From assembly GCA_963821525.1 (NCBI GenBank), contig CAWGED010000019.1, forward strand, positions 512,001 through 576,000: 64,000 nucleotides of DNA. Direction: 5' to 3'. Shown here one piece after another: positions 62,317 to 64,000 of this stretch. Both the position numbers and the translations under genes were made by a program. The stretch's first letter is position 1, and every line of letters begins with the position of its first letter. The notes under the pieces are model-generated. The model did not search any database, was not told the origin of the DNA, and saw nothing but the letters and a program-made list of their open reading frames with translations. This DNA is from an uncultured Gemmatimonadales bacterium. Its GTDB lineage: Bacteria > Gemmatimonadota > Gemmatimonadetes > Gemmatimonadales > GWC2-71-9.

Positions 62317-64000
62317 ATGCCTGATTCGCCTTCTCGCCTCTCGTCCGCCCTCGCCGACCGCTACCGGATCGAGCGGGAGCTGGGTCAGGGCGGCATGGCG
62401 ACCGTCTATCTCGCCCAGGACCTGAAGCACGATCGCAAGGTCGCCATCAAGGTGCTCCGCGCCGAGCTGGCCGCGGTGATCGGCGCCGAGCGGTTCCTGG
62501 CGGAAATCAAGACGACGGCGAACCTGCAGCACCCGCACATCCTCCCGCTTCACGACTCGGGAGAGGCCGACTCTTTCCTTTATTATGTGATGCCCTTCGT
62601 GGAGGGCGAATCACTGCGCGATCGGCTGAACCGGCAGAAGCAGCTCCCTATCCCCGATGCGGTTCGAATCGCGAGTGAAGTGGCGTCCGCGCTGGACTAC
62701 GCCCACCGCCACAGAGTGATCCATCGCGACATCAAGCCAGAGAATATTCTGCTCCATGACGGGCGAGCGATGGTCGCGGATTTTGGGATCGCGTTGGCGG
62801 CCAGCAAAGCGGGCGGCACCCGGATGACCGAAACCGGCATGTCACTCGGCACCCCGCACTACATGTCGCCGGAGCAGGCGATGGGGGAGCGGGAGATCGG
62901 GCCGCCGAGCGACGTGTATGCGCTGGGTGCCGTGACCTACGAAATGCTGGTAGGCGAGCCGCCCTTCACCGGGCCCACGGCGCAGGCGATTGTGGCCAAG
63001 GTGATGACGGGCGAGCCGGCAGACATCACCGGACAACGGCGAACGGTTCCGCCGCATGTAGACGCCGCAGTACTGACCGCACTGGAGAAACTGCCGGCGG
63101 ATCGCTTCGAGTCCGCGGCGGAGTTCGCCGAGGCGCTGGCAGGAAATTCTTCGCGAAGCACCACACGACTGGCACACTCAAAGTCTGCCAGCGCCGCCGG
63201 TCCCTGGCGCGCCATCAGCGCCGTGCTCGGCGTGGTTGTCCTCGTGCTCCTGGGACTCGCGGCCTGGAACTTCAGCCGAGGGCGAGCCCCATCCGGCCCC
63301 AGCCTCTATGACGCCGTGCTCCCTGACAGCGCCCCAATGACCTTCGCCGCGGCGACGGCGACCACCTCCTACGGGACCTCGCTCCGGAACCTGTCGATCT
63401 CGCCCGCGGGCGACTTCGCGGTGTACGCGGCGCGGCAGGGCGACTCCACCCTCCTCTGGTACCGGAGCCTGCGGGACGCCACCGCCCGCCCGATCGCCGG
63501 GACACTCGGTGCAACCGCACCGCGCATTTCACCAGACGGAGCGCGCATCGCTTTCGTCATCGGTGAACGGGTCATGGTCGTCCCGGTCGCGGGCGGCGAG
63601 GTCCGCCGGCTGCTCGAAGGCGAAGCCGCGACTTCGCTGCAGTGGGTCTCGAACACCGAACTCCTCGCCGTGGACCTCGATGGCTACCGGCTCAAACAGC
63701 TGAACCGCGAAGGCAGCAGCGCGCAGACCAAGTCCATTCCGCGCTGCGTGCTCGCGCAATGGGTCCCGGAGCAGAAACAGCTGCTCTGCTCATTCAACCG
63801 GACCGCCCTGCTGTTCGATCCGGAATCGGGAAAGCAGTGGTCCCTCCGCGCAGCCCTGCCCGATGGGTCGCCGGGAAGTCTGCTGACGGGCTCCGCCTTT
63901 CGTATCGTGAACAACCGCTACCTCGTCTATCTCGCGGTGGACGGCAGCCTGCTTGCCGCCCGCTACGACCCCGCCACCCACGTGGCGCTGCGGTCGGTGA
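62317..64000 (+). CDS. Ser/Thr protein kinase 6 (runs off the window end): kinase + TM + propeller
   Basis: Not in the ORF track; MPDSPSRLSSALADRYRIERELGQGGMATV, HRDIKPEN, DFG, TM AISAVLGVVVLVLLGLAAW, then ISPAG/ISPDG repeats. Confidence 0.93.
   Translation, partial: MPDSPSRLSSALADRYRIERELGQGGMATVYLAQDLKHDRKVAIKVLRAELAAVIGAERFLAEIKTTANLQHPHILPLHDSGEADSFLYYVMPFVEGESLRDRLNRQKQLPIPDAVRIASEVASALDYAHRHRVIHRDIKPENILLHDGRAMVADFGIALAASKAGGTRMTETGMSLGTPHYMSPEQAMGEREIGPPSDVYALGAVTYEMLVGEPPFTGPTAQAIVAKVMTGEPADITGQRRTVPPHVDAAVLTALEKLPADRFESAAEFAEALAGNSSRSTTRLAHSKSASAAGPWRAISAVLGVVVLVLLGLAAWNFSRGRAPSGPSLYDAVLPDSAPMTFAAATATTSYGTSLRNLSISPAGDFAVYAARQGDSTLLWYRSLRDATARPIAGTLGATAPRISPDGARIAFVIGERVMVVPVAGGEVRRLLEGEAATSLQWVSNTELLAVDLDGYRLKQLNREGSSAQTKSIPRCVLAQWVPEQKQLLCSFNRTALLFDPESGKQWSLRAALPDGSPGSLLTGSAFRIVNNRYLVYLAVDGSLLAARYDPATHVALRSV

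Noticed and set aside
34310..64000. Diversity-generating retroelement or integron driving kinase variation
   Set aside because: No reverse transcriptase, template/variable repeat pair, integrase or attC-like sites were recognised

Overview
GC-rich bacterial chromosomal window. Gene content suggests Gemmatimonadota (inference). Several genes, including essential trmD, are split by single-base frameshifts, most likely long-read or assembly indels. There are three blocks. (1) 1-16 kb, housekeeping: M1 aminopeptidase, GIY-YIG nuclease, ffh-rpsP-rimM-trmD-rplS-rnhB, TrmH methylase-prepilin peptidase-HExxH lipoprotein, thiD, and a nucleotidase-add-PNP salvage operon. (2) 16-32 kb, phosphate-starvation cluster: arsR-phoB-phoR, PAP2 phosphatase, GT4 glycosyltransferase, alkaline-phosphatase-superfamily enzyme, phosphate-porin-like gene, pstS-pstC-pstA-pstB-pstB-phoU-ppx with PHO-box-like 11-bp-period repeats, then deoC and rhomboid. 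(3) 32-64 kb, accessory block: six receptor-like Ser/Thr kinases (conserved kinase + TM + variable propeller or TPR C-terminus), two orphan kinase 5' stubs, a stand-alone SARP/BTAD regulator, secreted hydrolases, and two multicopper oxidases with an apparent four-domain layout and reversed copper-motif order. Intergenic regions carry several families of inverted 7-, 8- and 9-nt-period repeats and two REP-like palindromes. No rRNA, tRNA, CRISPR array or transposase was recognised.
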